Position numbers and translations under genes: made by a program. A DNA stretch of 64,000 nucleotides from positions 32,390-96,389 of the forward strand of contig JAUWQI010000001.1 of assembly GCA_030611085.1 (NCBI GenBank), written 5' to 3'. This document shows positions 29,554 to 39,719 of the stretch, one piece after another; within the stretch, counting starts at the first letter, position 1, and each line of letters begins with the position of its first letter. The DNA comes from Dehalococcoidia bacterium (GTDB taxonomy: Bacteria > Chloroflexota > Dehalococcoidia > GIF9 > AB-539-J10). The notes under the pieces are model-generated. The model searched no databases and was not told the origin of the DNA. It saw only the letters and a list, made by a program, of their open reading frames with translations.

Positions 29554-29784
29554 TCATTTTGCTTTCTCTGCTATCGAGCCAAAGATTTTCATAAGTTCAG
29601 TTGCTTCCCCGATCAGCGACTCGCTGCTCTTCTCTTGGTCTTTGGTTTCTTCTTTGGCAAACTTTAAAGTCCGTTCTTCCAAATCATATTGTTTTGGATT
29701 TTGGTCATTAGTGCTTCGATATTGTTTAGTATTTAGAATTTCGTGCTTAGAATTTGCCGTATTTTGCTTTTTTATTTCAATCAT
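29554..29784 (-). CDS. hypothetical small protein inside an AT-rich foldback element (possibly spurious)
   Basis: 76-aa ORF with GGAG RBS but embedded between inverted family-3 repeat arms. Confidence 0.25.
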   Translation of the reverse strand: MIEIKKQNTANSKHEILNTKQYRSTNDQNPKQYDLEERTLKFAKEETKDQEKSSESLIGEATELMKIFGSIAEKAK

Positions 29785-29787
29785 TGT

Positions 29788-32379
29788 TTAGCTCCATTCG
29801 ACTTCCTTAGGCCATACTTGGCTTAGTTGCTGACCTAGAAGTTGATGTTCCGCTGTTTTGAAATCAGGGTCGCTTTGGAAAATACTTATTGCCTCTTGCC
29901 GAGCCAATTCTAAGAGATGCAAGTTAGACAGCTTAGCTACTTTAAGGTCGGGCAAGCCACTTTGCTGAGTGCCAAAAAACTCCCCCGGGCCTCTTAGCTC
30001 TAAGTCTTTCTCCGCTAGAGCGAAGCCATCGTGGATTTTCTCCATTAGCTTTAGCCGCTCCTTTACCTCGGGCGAAAATTTCCCAGGAATAAGTATACAA
30101 TAACCTTGCTCTTTGCCTCGGCCTACTCTTCCCCTGAATTGATGAAGCTGAGATAAGCCAAAATGGTCAGCACCTTCTATCACCATAACTGTAGCTTTAG
30201 GCACATCAATACCGACCTCTATTACTGATGTTGACACCAGGATATCAATTTCCCCAGCACGGAAGTGGCGCATCACCTTCTCTTTGTCCTCAGCGTGCAT
30301 TTGGCCATGAAGCAATCCCAGCCTTAAATCTGGGAAAATCTCTTTAGATAGGCGTTCGTATTCTGTTGTAGCCGCTTTTGCCTCAGGCAATTCCGATTCT
30401 TCGACTAGTGGACAAATAATGAAGGCTTGTCCTCCATTGCTAACCTGGCGGTGGAGGAAACCATAAACCTTTCCTGTATATCGTGGCTCAATACACTTCG
30501 TTTTTACCACCCGTCGTCCTGGAGGTAACTCATCAATAACTGAGAGGTCGAGGTCTCCATAAAGTGTCAGCGCCATAGTTCGAGGAATAGGTGTAGCTGT
30601 CATAACCAACACATGAGGATTGAACCCCTTTTGCCGGAGCTTCTGGCGTTGCAACACGCCAAAGCGATGTTGCTCGTCTATCACTGTCAAGCCCAGCTTG
30701 TTAAATTCTACCCCTTTTTGAATGAGGGCATGAGTGCCAATAACAATATCAATTTCACCTTGCGTGATCTTACGGTGTAAATTCTCCTTTTCACCTTCCC
30801 TAAGGCTGCCGATGAGAAGAGCGATAGTAAGCGGTCGTGGGAGAAATTCTGAAAAGGATGCAAGCGAGGAATCTCGCTCCTCGCAATGACAGGTTTGGGT
30901 GCTGGCTTTAGCTAGATATTCGCTGATACTAGCGAAATGCTGTTCGGCTAATACTTCAGTGGGGGCCATCAGTGCTCCTTGATAGCCATTGGCAACAGCT
31001 ATTAGTAGAGCCAAAACGGCGATTACGGTTTTACCACTACCTACCTCGCCTTGAAGAAGGCGTGACATAGCTTTTGGGCGTTTGAGGTCGATTGAGATCT
31101 CCTCCAGCACTCGCTCCTGAGCCCGAGTTAGGGTGAAAGGAAAGCAGTGTAAAAATTTGCTAATAAGCTCCGGGTCTATATTAAAGGCATTGCCCGGCTG
31201 ACTTTCTTGCCAGTCGCGCTTTCTTCTCAAGACACCTAGTTGGAGAAGGAATAACTCGTCAAAGGCTAACCTCTCCCGTGCTTCCTCTGCTATCAATTGG
31301 CTATCAGGGTAATGAGCTTGCTTGATTGCTTCAGGGAGGTCTGGCAGGCGGCAGTGATTTTTTATATTTTGGGGCAAGAAATCACTCACTTGCCATAGCC
31401 AGCCGTCAATAGCTTCCTTCGTCCATCCCCTCACTCGCCTGGGATACAAGCCTCGAGTGAGAGGATAAACGGGAACCAATCGGCCGGTGTGAATTAACTC
31501 TTTATCTTCAAGTAATTCCCATTCCGGAGATTCAAAAACCTTCTGCCCTTTGAATAAACTTACTGTGCCACTAATTACCACTTTAGCATTGGTAGGGAAT
31601 TTCTTAGCTAGATAAGGTTGGTTAAACCAAACTACTCTGATGTTTCCTGTCTCATCACCCACAATTGCCTCTGTGCCTCGCCGATTGCCAAAAGTGGCCA
31701 CTCTGGCTTGCCATACTGTGGCTACAATAGTTTGTTCCGCATCTTCCCTAAGTGCGGCGATGAACTTCCTTTGGCTATAGTCAACATAGCGTCTGGGGAA
31801 AAAATAAAGCAAGTCACGCACTACCCTCACATTAAGTTTGGCAAATTTAGCAGATGCCTTAGGCGTTATACCTTTGATGATAGTTATGGGTGAATCTAGT
31901 CTTTCATTTTTCTTTTGGGGCTGTGACTTAGCTACTGCTGTTACGCTGATCTGAAGCCCTGAGTCCTGGTCCTGACGATAGGAAGGATCTGAAGGAACTG
32001 AAGGGGCAAGCGAAGGGTCTCTAGATTCTTCGCTACGCTCAGAATGACAGGAAGCGAAGGGCTCAGAATGATAGATAGGAGTCCTTTCCTTTTCCAGCTT
32101 ATCTAGCCAGTCGAAAATGCTTGTCACCCATCTGTGGCGCTCATTTATACTGTGGGAACTGTAGTTGTAGCTAGCCAATCCTAATTCATCAAAGTCGGCT
32201 AAAAGTTGTGAGGTCAACTCCTTCGTTTTCACTTCGTTCAGACTCAGGACAAGGCTTTGCCTGATTCGCTCCGCCTGCTTGTGAAGATATTTATCTAGCC
32301 CGCCGATAACTGCTTTATCGGCATAACCTTTCTTGCATTCCAATTCAAGAACATTTCGTAGCGAGTCGATGTTTAGCAT
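29788..32379 (-). CDS. recG: ATP-dependent DNA helicase RecG (expanded, 863 aa)
   Basis: wedge domain, Walker A GSGKT, DEQHRFG, helicase C motifs; two in-frame family-1 repeat insertions. Confidence 0.9.
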   Translation of the reverse strand: MLNIDSLRNVLELECKKGYADKAVIGGLDKYLHKQAERIRQSLVLSLNEVKTKELTSQLLADFDELGLASYNYSSHSINERHRWVTSIFDWLDKLEKERTPIYHSEPFASCHSERSEESRDPSLAPSVPSDPSYRQDQDSGLQISVTAVAKSQPQKKNERLDSPITIIKGITPKASAKFAKLNVRVVRDLLYFFPRRYVDYSQRKFIAALREDAEQTIVATVWQARVATFGNRRGTEAIVGDETGNIRVVWFNQPYLAKKFPTNAKVVISGTVSLFKGQKVFESPEWELLEDKELIHTGRLVPVYPLTRGLYPRRVRGWTKEAIDGWLWQVSDFLPQNIKNHCRLPDLPEAIKQAHYPDSQLIAEEARERLAFDELFLLQLGVLRRKRDWQESQPGNAFNIDPELISKFLHCFPFTLTRAQERVLEEISIDLKRPKAMSRLLQGEVGSGKTVIAVLALLIAVANGYQGALMAPTEVLAEQHFASISEYLAKASTQTCHCEERDSSLASFSEFLPRPLTIALLIGSLREGEKENLHRKITQGEIDIVIGTHALIQKGVEFNKLGLTVIDEQHRFGVLQRQKLRQKGFNPHVLVMTATPIPRTMALTLYGDLDLSVIDELPPGRRVVKTKCIEPRYTGKVYGFLHRQVSNGGQAFIICPLVEESELPEAKAATTEYERLSKEIFPDLRLGLLHGQMHAEDKEKVMRHFRAGEIDILVSTSVIEVGIDVPKATVMVIEGADHFGLSQLHQFRGRVGRGKEQGYCILIPGKFSPEVKERLKLMEKIHDGFALAEKDLELRGPGEFFGTQQSGLPDLKVAKLSNLHLLELARQEAISIFQSDPDFKTAEHQLLGQQLSQVWPKEVEWS
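30863..30895. repeat. family-1 element fragment in frame in recG
   Basis: CTCGCAATGACAGG core inside ORF. Confidence 0.8.
32009..32075. repeat. family-1 element in frame in recG (second site)
   Basis: GATTCTTCGCTACGCTCAGAATGACAGGAAGCGAAGGGCTCAGAATGA inside ORF. Confidence 0.85.
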
Positions 32380-33212
32380 TCTCCTTCAAGGATGGAAACA
32401 GCCAGGACATGAGGACCGACATGTGTTCCTACTACGGGGCTTATCTTGGAACGATAGAACCTCTCTGGAGGGACTAGGTCCTTAAGGCGCTGGGCTAATA
32501 TCTCTAATTCACCAGGGGTAGTGGCATCTTCAATAGCTAAAGCTTCGATATGATGGAAACCTTTGGCAAAATTCACGAGGAAATCCATGGCTTGAGCCCG
32601 GTTGCGAGGTCGAGCAACTGGGAAGGTTGTGCCATCCTTTATTGACAAAACAGGGTTTACCTTTAATAAACTGCCTAAGAATGCTTGCGCCTTGCCAATA
32701 CGTCCACCTCTCCTTAAATATTCCAATGTATCGAAGGACATCCGCACATGGGTTCTAGGTATCGCTTCCCTCACCCATTGAGCAATCTGGTTTAAATTAG
32801 CTCCCTCCTGAGCCATCTTAGCTGCTGTTGTAACTAAAAGCAGTTGTCCACCTATTGCCAATTGACAGTCAATAACCTCGATATGGCATTTGTTTTTAAC
32901 CATAGCCTTGCCTTGAAGGGCGCTCCCATAAGTGCCGCTGTACATTTCAGAGAGCGTTATGGTTAAGATTTCATTTGTTTCTTTAGCTAGTTTAGTAAAA
33001 AGCTTGGTAAAAAACTCAGGAGTGACAGTTGAAGTAGTAGGAATAACCTTGCTCTTCACTAGCTTATGATAGAATTCCACAGTAGCCAGGTCAACATTAT
33101 CGCGGTAAACTTTGTCGCCAAACTGAACATATAAGGGCACCACCATAATCCCATACTCCTGAGCTAGCTCAGGAGTAATATCAGAACAACTATCAGTTAC
33201 AATCTTAACCAT
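32373..33212 (-). CDS. DegV-family fatty-acid-binding protein
   Basis: MVKIVTDSCSD N-terminus typical of DegV. Confidence 0.85.
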   Translation of the reverse strand: MVKIVTDSCSDITPELAQEYGIMVVPLYVQFGDKVYRDNVDLATVEFYHKLVKSKVIPTTSTVTPEFFTKLFTKLAKETNEILTITLSEMYSGTYGSALQGKAMVKNKCHIEVIDCQLAIGGQLLLVTTAAKMAQEGANLNQIAQWVREAIPRTHVRMSFDTLEYLRRGGRIGKAQAFLGSLLKVNPVLSIKDGTTFPVARPRNRAQAMDFLVNFAKGFHHIEALAIEDATTPGELEILAQRLKDLVPPERFYRSKISPVVGTHVGPHVLAVSILEGEC

Positions 33213-33372
33213 TAAACAGTTCTCCCTTTTTCATCCTGTTTACCCTTTGTCATTCTGAGTCATTCGCTCCGCCTGTCATTCTGAGAGAGCAGAGCGACCG
33301 AAGAATCTCCTCTTCAATTCCTTCAGAGCTTCGGCTCACCAGGATGAACTTGACGAAGAATTTTTAAGTCCA

Positions 33373-35004
33373 TTATTCCAGCGAGATTATATAATTATAA
33401 TATGGTTGCCCTCCGCGAACTATTTCAACCTGTATAGAATATTTATCCTGAATTTCCCAAGCTATGCTTTCAGCTTCGCTAGCTTGAGTCTCAGCACCGT
33501 AGTAGATAGTCATCACATCGGCATCTTCAATATCTGCCTTTAGTAGAGCTTCAAAAATAACCTCTTTTATATTACTGCCACTGGCTATCAAATTCTCATC
33601 ATTCAGGATGGCAATGAATTGCCCCTTTTTTATCTTCATGCCATTGAGCTGTGTCTTGCGTACTGCTTTAGTAACTTCTATAGTTTTTATTGCGGTTATC
33701 GCCTCTTCCATAACTTGAGCATTTTTCTCTAGGTTTGCCTCGTAGCTGAAGGCAAGAAATGCTGCTATGCCTTGCGGGACGGTTCTGGTAGGAACTACCT
33801 TCACCTTCTTTGAAGTTAAAGATTCAACCTGAGAAGCTGTGAGGATGATATTTTTGTTATTAGGCAATAGAATAACATTATCTGAAGGTGCTGATTCCAC
33901 AGCTTGAACTAGCTGACGAACACTAGGGTTCATTGTTTGACCACCAGGGACAGTGATCGCAGTACCTAAGCTATTAAATACTTCCAAAAAGCCATCTCCA
34001 GAGGCGACCGTTACCATAGCGATATCAGCTGTGGGCAATCTTTCTTTTTGCATTTTAATAAATTCGACATATTGGTCATCCATATTATTGATACTTATCT
34101 GATGCAAAGTGCCTAGATGTGTAGCATAATTGATGATCTCGCCGGGCTCAAAGCTATGAATGTGAACTCGGACTAAAGATTCATCACCAGAAATGATTAA
34201 AGATTGTCCTTTCTTTCCCAAATCTTTTTTGAGCTTTTTCAAATCAAGACTTTGCCCTTTCAGTACAAAATTGGTGCAATACCCGTAAGGTACTTCAACC
34301 TCAGTGGCCGTGGGAGCCATCTTCGGGGTCAGTGCCACATCGGCAGCAACTAGCCTCGGTTGCCGATACTGCATCTTATCCTTTTCCCCTTTAAGGTGAT
34401 GAAGAGCGCCATCCAGCAGAACATAAATGCCCTGCCCCCCAGCATCCACTACACCTGCCTCCTTCAATACTGGTAACAGGCTAGGTGTTCGAGCCACTGA
34501 ATCTTTGGCTGCCTCCACTGCAGCTTCTAGCACTGAGAGCAAGTTTTCAGAATTAACTTTAGCTGTCTTATCAGCGGCTTCGGCAGCATCTTTAAGCACG
34601 GTCAACATAGTACCTTCTACAGGGTGGATAATTCCCTCGTAGGCAGTTTGTGATGCTTCAGCTAATGCTGTGGCGAAATCTTTAGCATCAAAGGAACTCT
34701 TGCCCTCCAGCCCCTTAGCCAAGCCGCGCCAGAATTGAGATAGGATTACTCCCGAATTACCTCGCGCTCCCATTAAGGCGCCGTAAGCCAGCGATTTGGT
34801 CATTGAGGAGGCGTCGCTATCTGAATTTCTAGTTGCTTCTTCTAGAGCAGAGCGCATAGTAAGCAACATATTGGTTCCTGTATCACCATCGGGAATAGGA
34901 AAAACATTTATAGCATTGATATCGGGGGCACTTTTTTCCAGCCAGGTAGTGCCTGAAGCAAATATCTCTTTTAAGAGTTGACCATCAGGTAGATTAGCCT
35001 TCAT
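33373..35004 (-). CDS. yloV: DAK2-domain fusion protein YloV
   Basis: DGDTGTNM Dak2 phosphatase-domain motif plus C-terminal DegV-like domain. Confidence 0.85.
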   Translation of the reverse strand: MKANLPDGQLLKEIFASGTTWLEKSAPDINAINVFPIPDGDTGTNMLLTMRSALEEATRNSDSDASSMTKSLAYGALMGARGNSGVILSQFWRGLAKGLEGKSSFDAKDFATALAEASQTAYEGIIHPVEGTMLTVLKDAAEAADKTAKVNSENLLSVLEAAVEAAKDSVARTPSLLPVLKEAGVVDAGGQGIYVLLDGALHHLKGEKDKMQYRQPRLVAADVALTPKMAPTATEVEVPYGYCTNFVLKGQSLDLKKLKKDLGKKGQSLIISGDESLVRVHIHSFEPGEIINYATHLGTLHQISINNMDDQYVEFIKMQKERLPTADIAMVTVASGDGFLEVFNSLGTAITVPGGQTMNPSVRQLVQAVESAPSDNVILLPNNKNIILTASQVESLTSKKVKVVPTRTVPQGIAAFLAFSYEANLEKNAQVMEEAITAIKTIEVTKAVRKTQLNGMKIKKGQFIAILNDENLIASGSNIKEVIFEALLKADIEDADVMTIYYGAETQASEAESIAWEIQDKYSIQVEIVRGGQPYYNYIISLE

Positions 35005-35098
35005 CTTTTCTCCCTTTGCTTCGATTGCTTATTGTGATATTATTGGCCTATATAATACCTTGCGGTGTGTTTTTAGTAAAAGGGGGTAGGAATTTCCT

Positions 35099-35281
35099 AT
35101 GAAGTGTGAGATTTGTGGTAAAAAGCCTCAGTTTGGGCATAGTGTGAGCCACTCCAAGAGACATACCAATCGGCGGTGGTTGCCTAATATTCATCGGACT
35201 ACAATTATTGTGGATGGGAGAAAGATAAAAGTCAATATGTGCACCAGATGCCTTCGCACTCAATATAAAGCAACTCGCTAG
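35099..35281 (+). CDS. rpmB: 50S ribosomal protein L28
   Basis: CxxC...CxxC, FGHSVSHSKRHT motif. Confidence 0.9.
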   Translation: MKCEICGKKPQFGHSVSHSKRHTNRRWLPNIHRTTIIVDGRKIKVNMCTRCLRTQYKATR

Positions 35282-35319
35282 CTTTTTGTGAGCCCCGTTC
35301 ACAAATCAAATCAAAGTTT

Positions 35320-36003
35320 CTAATAAGCTCCCTTTCTGTCTTTGACAGCTTCCCTAATCTTTTGCATCGCCTGATTTATTCCTTCCTTAGCTTTAAATAC
35401 GCTGTTTCCCACTGCCAGGATATTAGCTCCCGCTTCAGCTATGCCAGGTGCATTATCAATAGTAATGCCCCCATCAACTTCAATTTCGGTGACCAGGTTT
35501 TTATCATCGAGCATCCTGCGCAAGCGACTTATTTTCTCCAATGATTCTGGAATAAAAGCTTGCCCACCGAAGCCAGGGTTGACGCTCATGATGAGAATTA
35601 AATCAACATGGGGGATAATTTCTTCTATCGAGCTCAGCGGGGTGGCTGGATTTAAAGCTATCCCGGCTCTTACCCCTAGGTCCTTTATCAGTTGGATTGT
35701 TCGGTGAAGGTGAGGGCAAGCTTCGACATGGACAGTGATAATATTAGCGCCGGCACTGGCAAACTCAGAAATGTAGCGCTCAGGCTGCTCTATCATCAGG
35801 TGGACATCTAAAGGTAAGTGTGTCCAGGGGCGCATGGAAGCCACTACAGGAACTCCAATAGTGATATTGGGCACGAAATGTCCATCCATAACATCTATGT
35901 GAATATAATCAGCCCCTGACTTGGTAACTGCAGCAACCTGCTCACCAAGCCGAGCAAAATCAGCAGAAAGTATTGATGGTGCTAGCTTTATTTGGCTTTC
36001 CAT
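35320..36003 (-). CDS. rpe: ribulose-phosphate 3-epimerase
   Basis: PSILSADF...HIDVMDGHFVPN motifs. Confidence 0.9.
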   Translation of the reverse strand: MESQIKLAPSILSADFARLGEQVAAVTKSGADYIHIDVMDGHFVPNITIGVPVVASMRPWTHLPLDVHLMIEQPERYISEFASAGANIITVHVEACPHLHRTIQLIKDLGVRAGIALNPATPLSSIEEIIPHVDLILIMSVNPGFGGQAFIPESLEKISRLRRMLDDKNLVTEIEVDGGITIDNAPGIAEAGANILAVGNSVFKAKEGINQAMQKIREAVKDRKGAY

Positions 36004-36093
36004 ATTTTCACTTCATGGAGTATGATTCTTTATTTCACTTCCCCTTCACTTTGTTCAGGGCTTTGGTTCACTCATTCGGAATGACAGGATTTG

Positions 36094-37473
36094 TCATTCC
36101 GAGCGTAGCAAAGAATCTCCCTTGCTTTTTTGCAGTGCTGCTTCTACTTGCTGCGGGGAAGTGCCACCGATGACATCCCGAGCAGCTATGGATGATTCGA
36201 AGGATATACCATATACATCTTCACTGAAGAGAGGTGAGAAATTTTTGTACTCCCTCAGGCTAAGCTCGTGGAAGCTTTTGCCCTCCTTAATAGCATATTC
36301 ACTAAGTTTAGCTACAATGCCATGCGCCTCCCTGAATGGCAAGCCTTTCTTCACTAAATAGTCGGCTATATCGGTAGCCAAAATGTAATCCTTTTTAATA
36401 ACATCACGAATACGCTTAGCATTGACCTTGATTGTTTTTATCATCTCAGCAAATATTTCTAAACTGGAATGTAATGTATCCACGGTGTCGAAAAGCCCTT
36501 CTTTATCCTCCTGCATATCCCGATTATAAGTTAAGGGCAGGCTTTTCATGGTGGTTAGGATAGCCATGAGATTACCGTATACTCGTCCGGTTTTGCCTCG
36601 AGCTAGCTCTGCTACATCGGGATTTTTCTTCTGCGGCATGATGCTGCTGCCCGTAGTGTAGGCTTCACCAAGCTCTATAAAGCCAAACTCGATAGATGAC
36701 CACAGGATAATCTCTTCAGCTAATCGTGAAAGGTGCATCATAGTTAAGGCAGCGGCAGCTTCATATTCTATTATGAAATCCCTATCGGAAACAGCATCAA
36801 GACTATTTGCGCTTACTTTAGTGAAACCCAATTCTTGGGCAACGAATTCACGGTCTACAGGATAAGGAACGCCAGCTAAAGCACCGCTGCCTAGAGGCAA
36901 AACATCAGTGCAGTTGAGACAATTATAGAACCTCTTTTTATCTCGCTGGAGCATCTCAAAATAGGCGAGTAAGTGATGTGCCACAAGAACTGGCTGAGCC
37001 TGCTGCAAATGAGTATAGCCGGGCATGATGACTTCTTTATTGGTTTCAGCTAAGTTTACAAGCGAGCATTGCAAAGCTTCTAACGCATCGATGGTTTTCA
37101 AGATTTCCTCTTTAACAAAGAGGCGCAAATCCAAGGCTATTTGGTCATTCCTGGAACGAGCAGTATGCAGCTTGCCAGCCACATTGCCTATCTTTTCAAA
37201 CAACCTAGCTTCGATATTCATGTGTATATCTTCAAGCTCAGACTTAAACTGAAATTTCCCCTGCTCAATTTCCTCACAAATAGAATTAAGCCCAGCAATT
37301 ATAGCTTCAGCCTCGCTGTTCGTTATTATTCCTTGTTTTGCCAGCATTTTGGCATGAGCGATGCTTCCCTCGACGTCCTGGCGATATAATCGCTGATCAA
37401 AGGGGATAGAAGCAACATAATCTTGTGCCATTCTATTAGCCTCTTTCTGAAAGCGATTACGCAAGTAACTCAT
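36094..37473 (-). CDS. argH: argininosuccinate lyase
   Basis: fumarate-lyase GSSIMPQKKNPD signature. Confidence 0.9.
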   Translation of the reverse strand: MSYLRNRFQKEANRMAQDYVASIPFDQRLYRQDVEGSIAHAKMLAKQGIITNSEAEAIIAGLNSICEEIEQGKFQFKSELEDIHMNIEARLFEKIGNVAGKLHTARSRNDQIALDLRLFVKEEILKTIDALEALQCSLVNLAETNKEVIMPGYTHLQQAQPVLVAHHLLAYFEMLQRDKKRFYNCLNCTDVLPLGSGALAGVPYPVDREFVAQELGFTKVSANSLDAVSDRDFIIEYEAAAALTMMHLSRLAEEIILWSSIEFGFIELGEAYTTGSSIMPQKKNPDVAELARGKTGRVYGNLMAILTTMKSLPLTYNRDMQEDKEGLFDTVDTLHSSLEIFAEMIKTIKVNAKRIRDVIKKDYILATDIADYLVKKGLPFREAHGIVAKLSEYAIKEGKSFHELSLREYKNFSPLFSEDVYGISFESSIAARDVIGGTSPQQVEAALQKSKGDSLLRSE

Positions 37474-37617
37474 CTAAATCTGTCTCAAAGCCTGATAAAT
37501 CAGGCAACTACACTAAATATTAAGGTGAAATCTTGATACTTTCCCCTCCTATTTGTCAACCAGTTTCCACCAAACAAGTTCAAGCAGGTTACTACAGCAG
37601 CTGCACGCACGAGGAAT

Positions 37618-38304
37618 TCATGAATATATGCTACTTAGCTCCTCCATAATTCTCCTCTCGTCTTCAAGTTTCTCTATTTGCTCCAGTGTCAGGCGAGCTT
37701 CATACGTAGAGAGCCTTTGATGCAATAGCATTTCCATCTTATCAGTGGCATTTGCTTCTTTATGACTAAACACTATAGTTTCGGGAGTTTCTTTGATTTC
37801 TTTGGCTGGACCGACTTTAGTGGCAATCCATGGATATGGCGATTGTCTAAAAAGCCCCGTGGTTAACAAGTCTCCGAATCCTATTATCAGATTGTCGATG
37901 GGCGCCATAAATGGAAAGAGGAACTGCGTAATTTCGCCTTTCTGGCTTGTCACAGCATGCAATAGGGTGCCTCCTCCAGCATACAAGAAGCATAATATGA
38001 ACAGAAGGCAGAGCAACGATAAGATGATGAGGAGCAGCCTCCCCAAAAAGCTAGCACCAACCGCACTAAAGGTGAAGCTCAAGATAAGACCAACTATAGA
38101 CCAGCCAAAGGCCAATGCTAAGTAACCCGTGCCTCTGTACTCAGTTAGCTCTAGTTGGCTTAGTTTGGTACCTCTTACTTGTGATTCAGCGGCGTTATGT
38201 TTGCCTGCAACAAACAATAAAGCAGCACCTATCAATGACAAGCCAGCGAGAATAGCAAAAAAAGAAGGGGAAAGTAAACTACCTAGTCTTACTAAGATTT
38301 CCAT
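37618..38304 (-). CDS. hypothetical integral membrane protein
   Basis: four predicted TM helices, no family recognised. Confidence 0.5.
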   Translation of the reverse strand: MEILVRLGSLLSPSFFAILAGLSLIGAALLFVAGKHNAAESQVRGTKLSQLELTEYRGTGYLALAFGWSIVGLILSFTFSAVGASFLGRLLLIILSLLCLLFILCFLYAGGGTLLHAVTSQKGEITQFLFPFMAPIDNLIIGFGDLLTTGLFRQSPYPWIATKVGPAKEIKETPETIVFSHKEANATDKMEMLLHQRLSTYEARLTLEQIEKLEDERRIMEELSSIYS

Positions 38305-38479
38305 GACTATCTCTTTGAACTAATTCCGACGGACATTTAAAGATAGCATAACAAATTCCACCTTATAATGTCATTCTAAGACTCCGCACACTTATTTTCT
38401 GAACCGACACCAGTCTAACAGGCATAATTATTCTGGAGAGGAAGTTTGCGAGAACTTGTGCGGGGTACAGATGGTTCTT

Positions 38480-39613
38480 TTACCACTGAACGAACATAGG
38501 CATAACCACATGAACATAATTATCCACGCCTATGGGACGGATGACACCGGGACTTGATGGGGTGGTAACCTCCAAAGCAACTTGAGATTGGTGTAGGACA
38601 TTTAAGACATCAGAAAGATATTTTACATTGAAGGCGATTTTAGCTTCTTCTCCGTCAACGAGAGCGTCAATTTCGCTAACATTGCCTCCTACTTCCTCAG
38701 CCTGAGCAGTAACGGTTACTTTTCCTGGAGTCATTTCGGCACCCGGGGTGATGGCTAAGCGGATGATGCCGCTAGCATCGCGGGCAAATATGGAAGACAT
38801 TTTGGTCACTCGCATGAATTCGCTAACATCTACTACGGCTCTTGTAGTGTAGCTTTGAGGTATGACTTGAGAATAGTTGGGAAAGGAGCCTTGGATAAGC
38901 TGTGAGACTATCTCAGCATTTTTGAGGTGGAAGAGGACTTGACTTTTCTGCTGGTTTATGGTGATTTCCATTGGCCCTTCTTGCTCACTGAGAAGGCGAT
39001 TTAGTTCATTGAGGGTTCTTGCTGGGATAATCACCATGGTTTTCTCACTGATTGGTGAGGCAAGACTCATTTTGTGGACAGCTAGCCTGAAGCCATCGGC
39101 GGCTGCCAGGTTAAGCTGTTCACCTTCAAACTCGGTGTTAACACCAGTTAATACCGGGCGGGATTCTTCAGTGGCGGCAGCAAAGGCTACTTGTGCAATT
39201 CCTTCTCTAAGAGCATCTGCCTCAATGCTGGTGGTCATGCCATCGCTTATCTTAGGGATAGGTGGGAAATCGTCGGCATCAATGCCATTAATATGAGCTT
39301 GGAAGCGACCACTTTTGAGCTCCAGAGTGTGACTGTTGGGTGGCAGGGTGGCCTCAATTATTAAATCACTAGGTAAGGAGTTAACAAAGTCGGTAAGCAA
39401 GCGAGCTGGGATGGTTATAGCTCCATCCTGCTCTACCTTAGCGCCAACCCAGCATGTAATGGCCATTTCCAGATTGGTAGCTGCTAGTTTGAGGCGCGAT
39501 TGCTCAGTAGCTAGAAGGATATTTTGGGTGATAGGCAAGGTGGATCTGGTAGCTACAGCTCTACCAACTATGCCTAGCCCTCTGCTCAGATTTTCTTGAA
39601 GACACGATAACTT
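38480..39613 (-). CDS. dnaN: DNA polymerase III beta sliding clamp (start at MKLSCL)
   Basis: three-domain beta-clamp length and N-terminal MKL...Q..L pattern; not adjacent to dnaA/recF here. Confidence 0.8.
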   Translation of the reverse strand, partial: KLSCLQENLSRGLGIVGRAVATRSTLPITQNILLATEQSRLKLAATNLEMAITCWVGAKVEQDGAITIPARLLTDFVNSLPSDLIIEATLPPNSHTLELKSGRFQAHINGIDADDFPPIPKISDGMTTSIEADALREGIAQVAFAAATEESRPVLTGVNTEFEGEQLNLAAADGFRLAVHKMSLASPISEKTMVIIPARTLNELNRLLSEQEGPMEITINQQKSQVLFHLKNAEIVSQLIQGSFPNYSQVIPQSYTTRAVVDVSEFMRVTKMSSIFARDASGIIRLAITPGAEMTPGKVTVTAQAEEVGGNVSEIDALVDGEEAKIAFNVKYLSDVLNVLHQSQVALEVTTPSSPGVIRPIGVDNYVHVVMPMFVQW

Positions 39614-39719
39614 CATAATACCTCCCACAACTTATATGCGGTAGAATACTACCAGAGATTGTTTATTTTGTCATCCGCATCCTTCGATAAGCTCAGGATA
39701 AGCTCTTATTCCTCTTCCA

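Noticed and set aside
29480-29775. Possible CRISPR array suggested by repeated short AT-rich motifs (also 42203-42366, 52026-52102)
   Set aside because: Repeats are irregular in length and spacing, are mutually inverted (foldback) rather than direct with unique spacers, and no cas genes are nearby.
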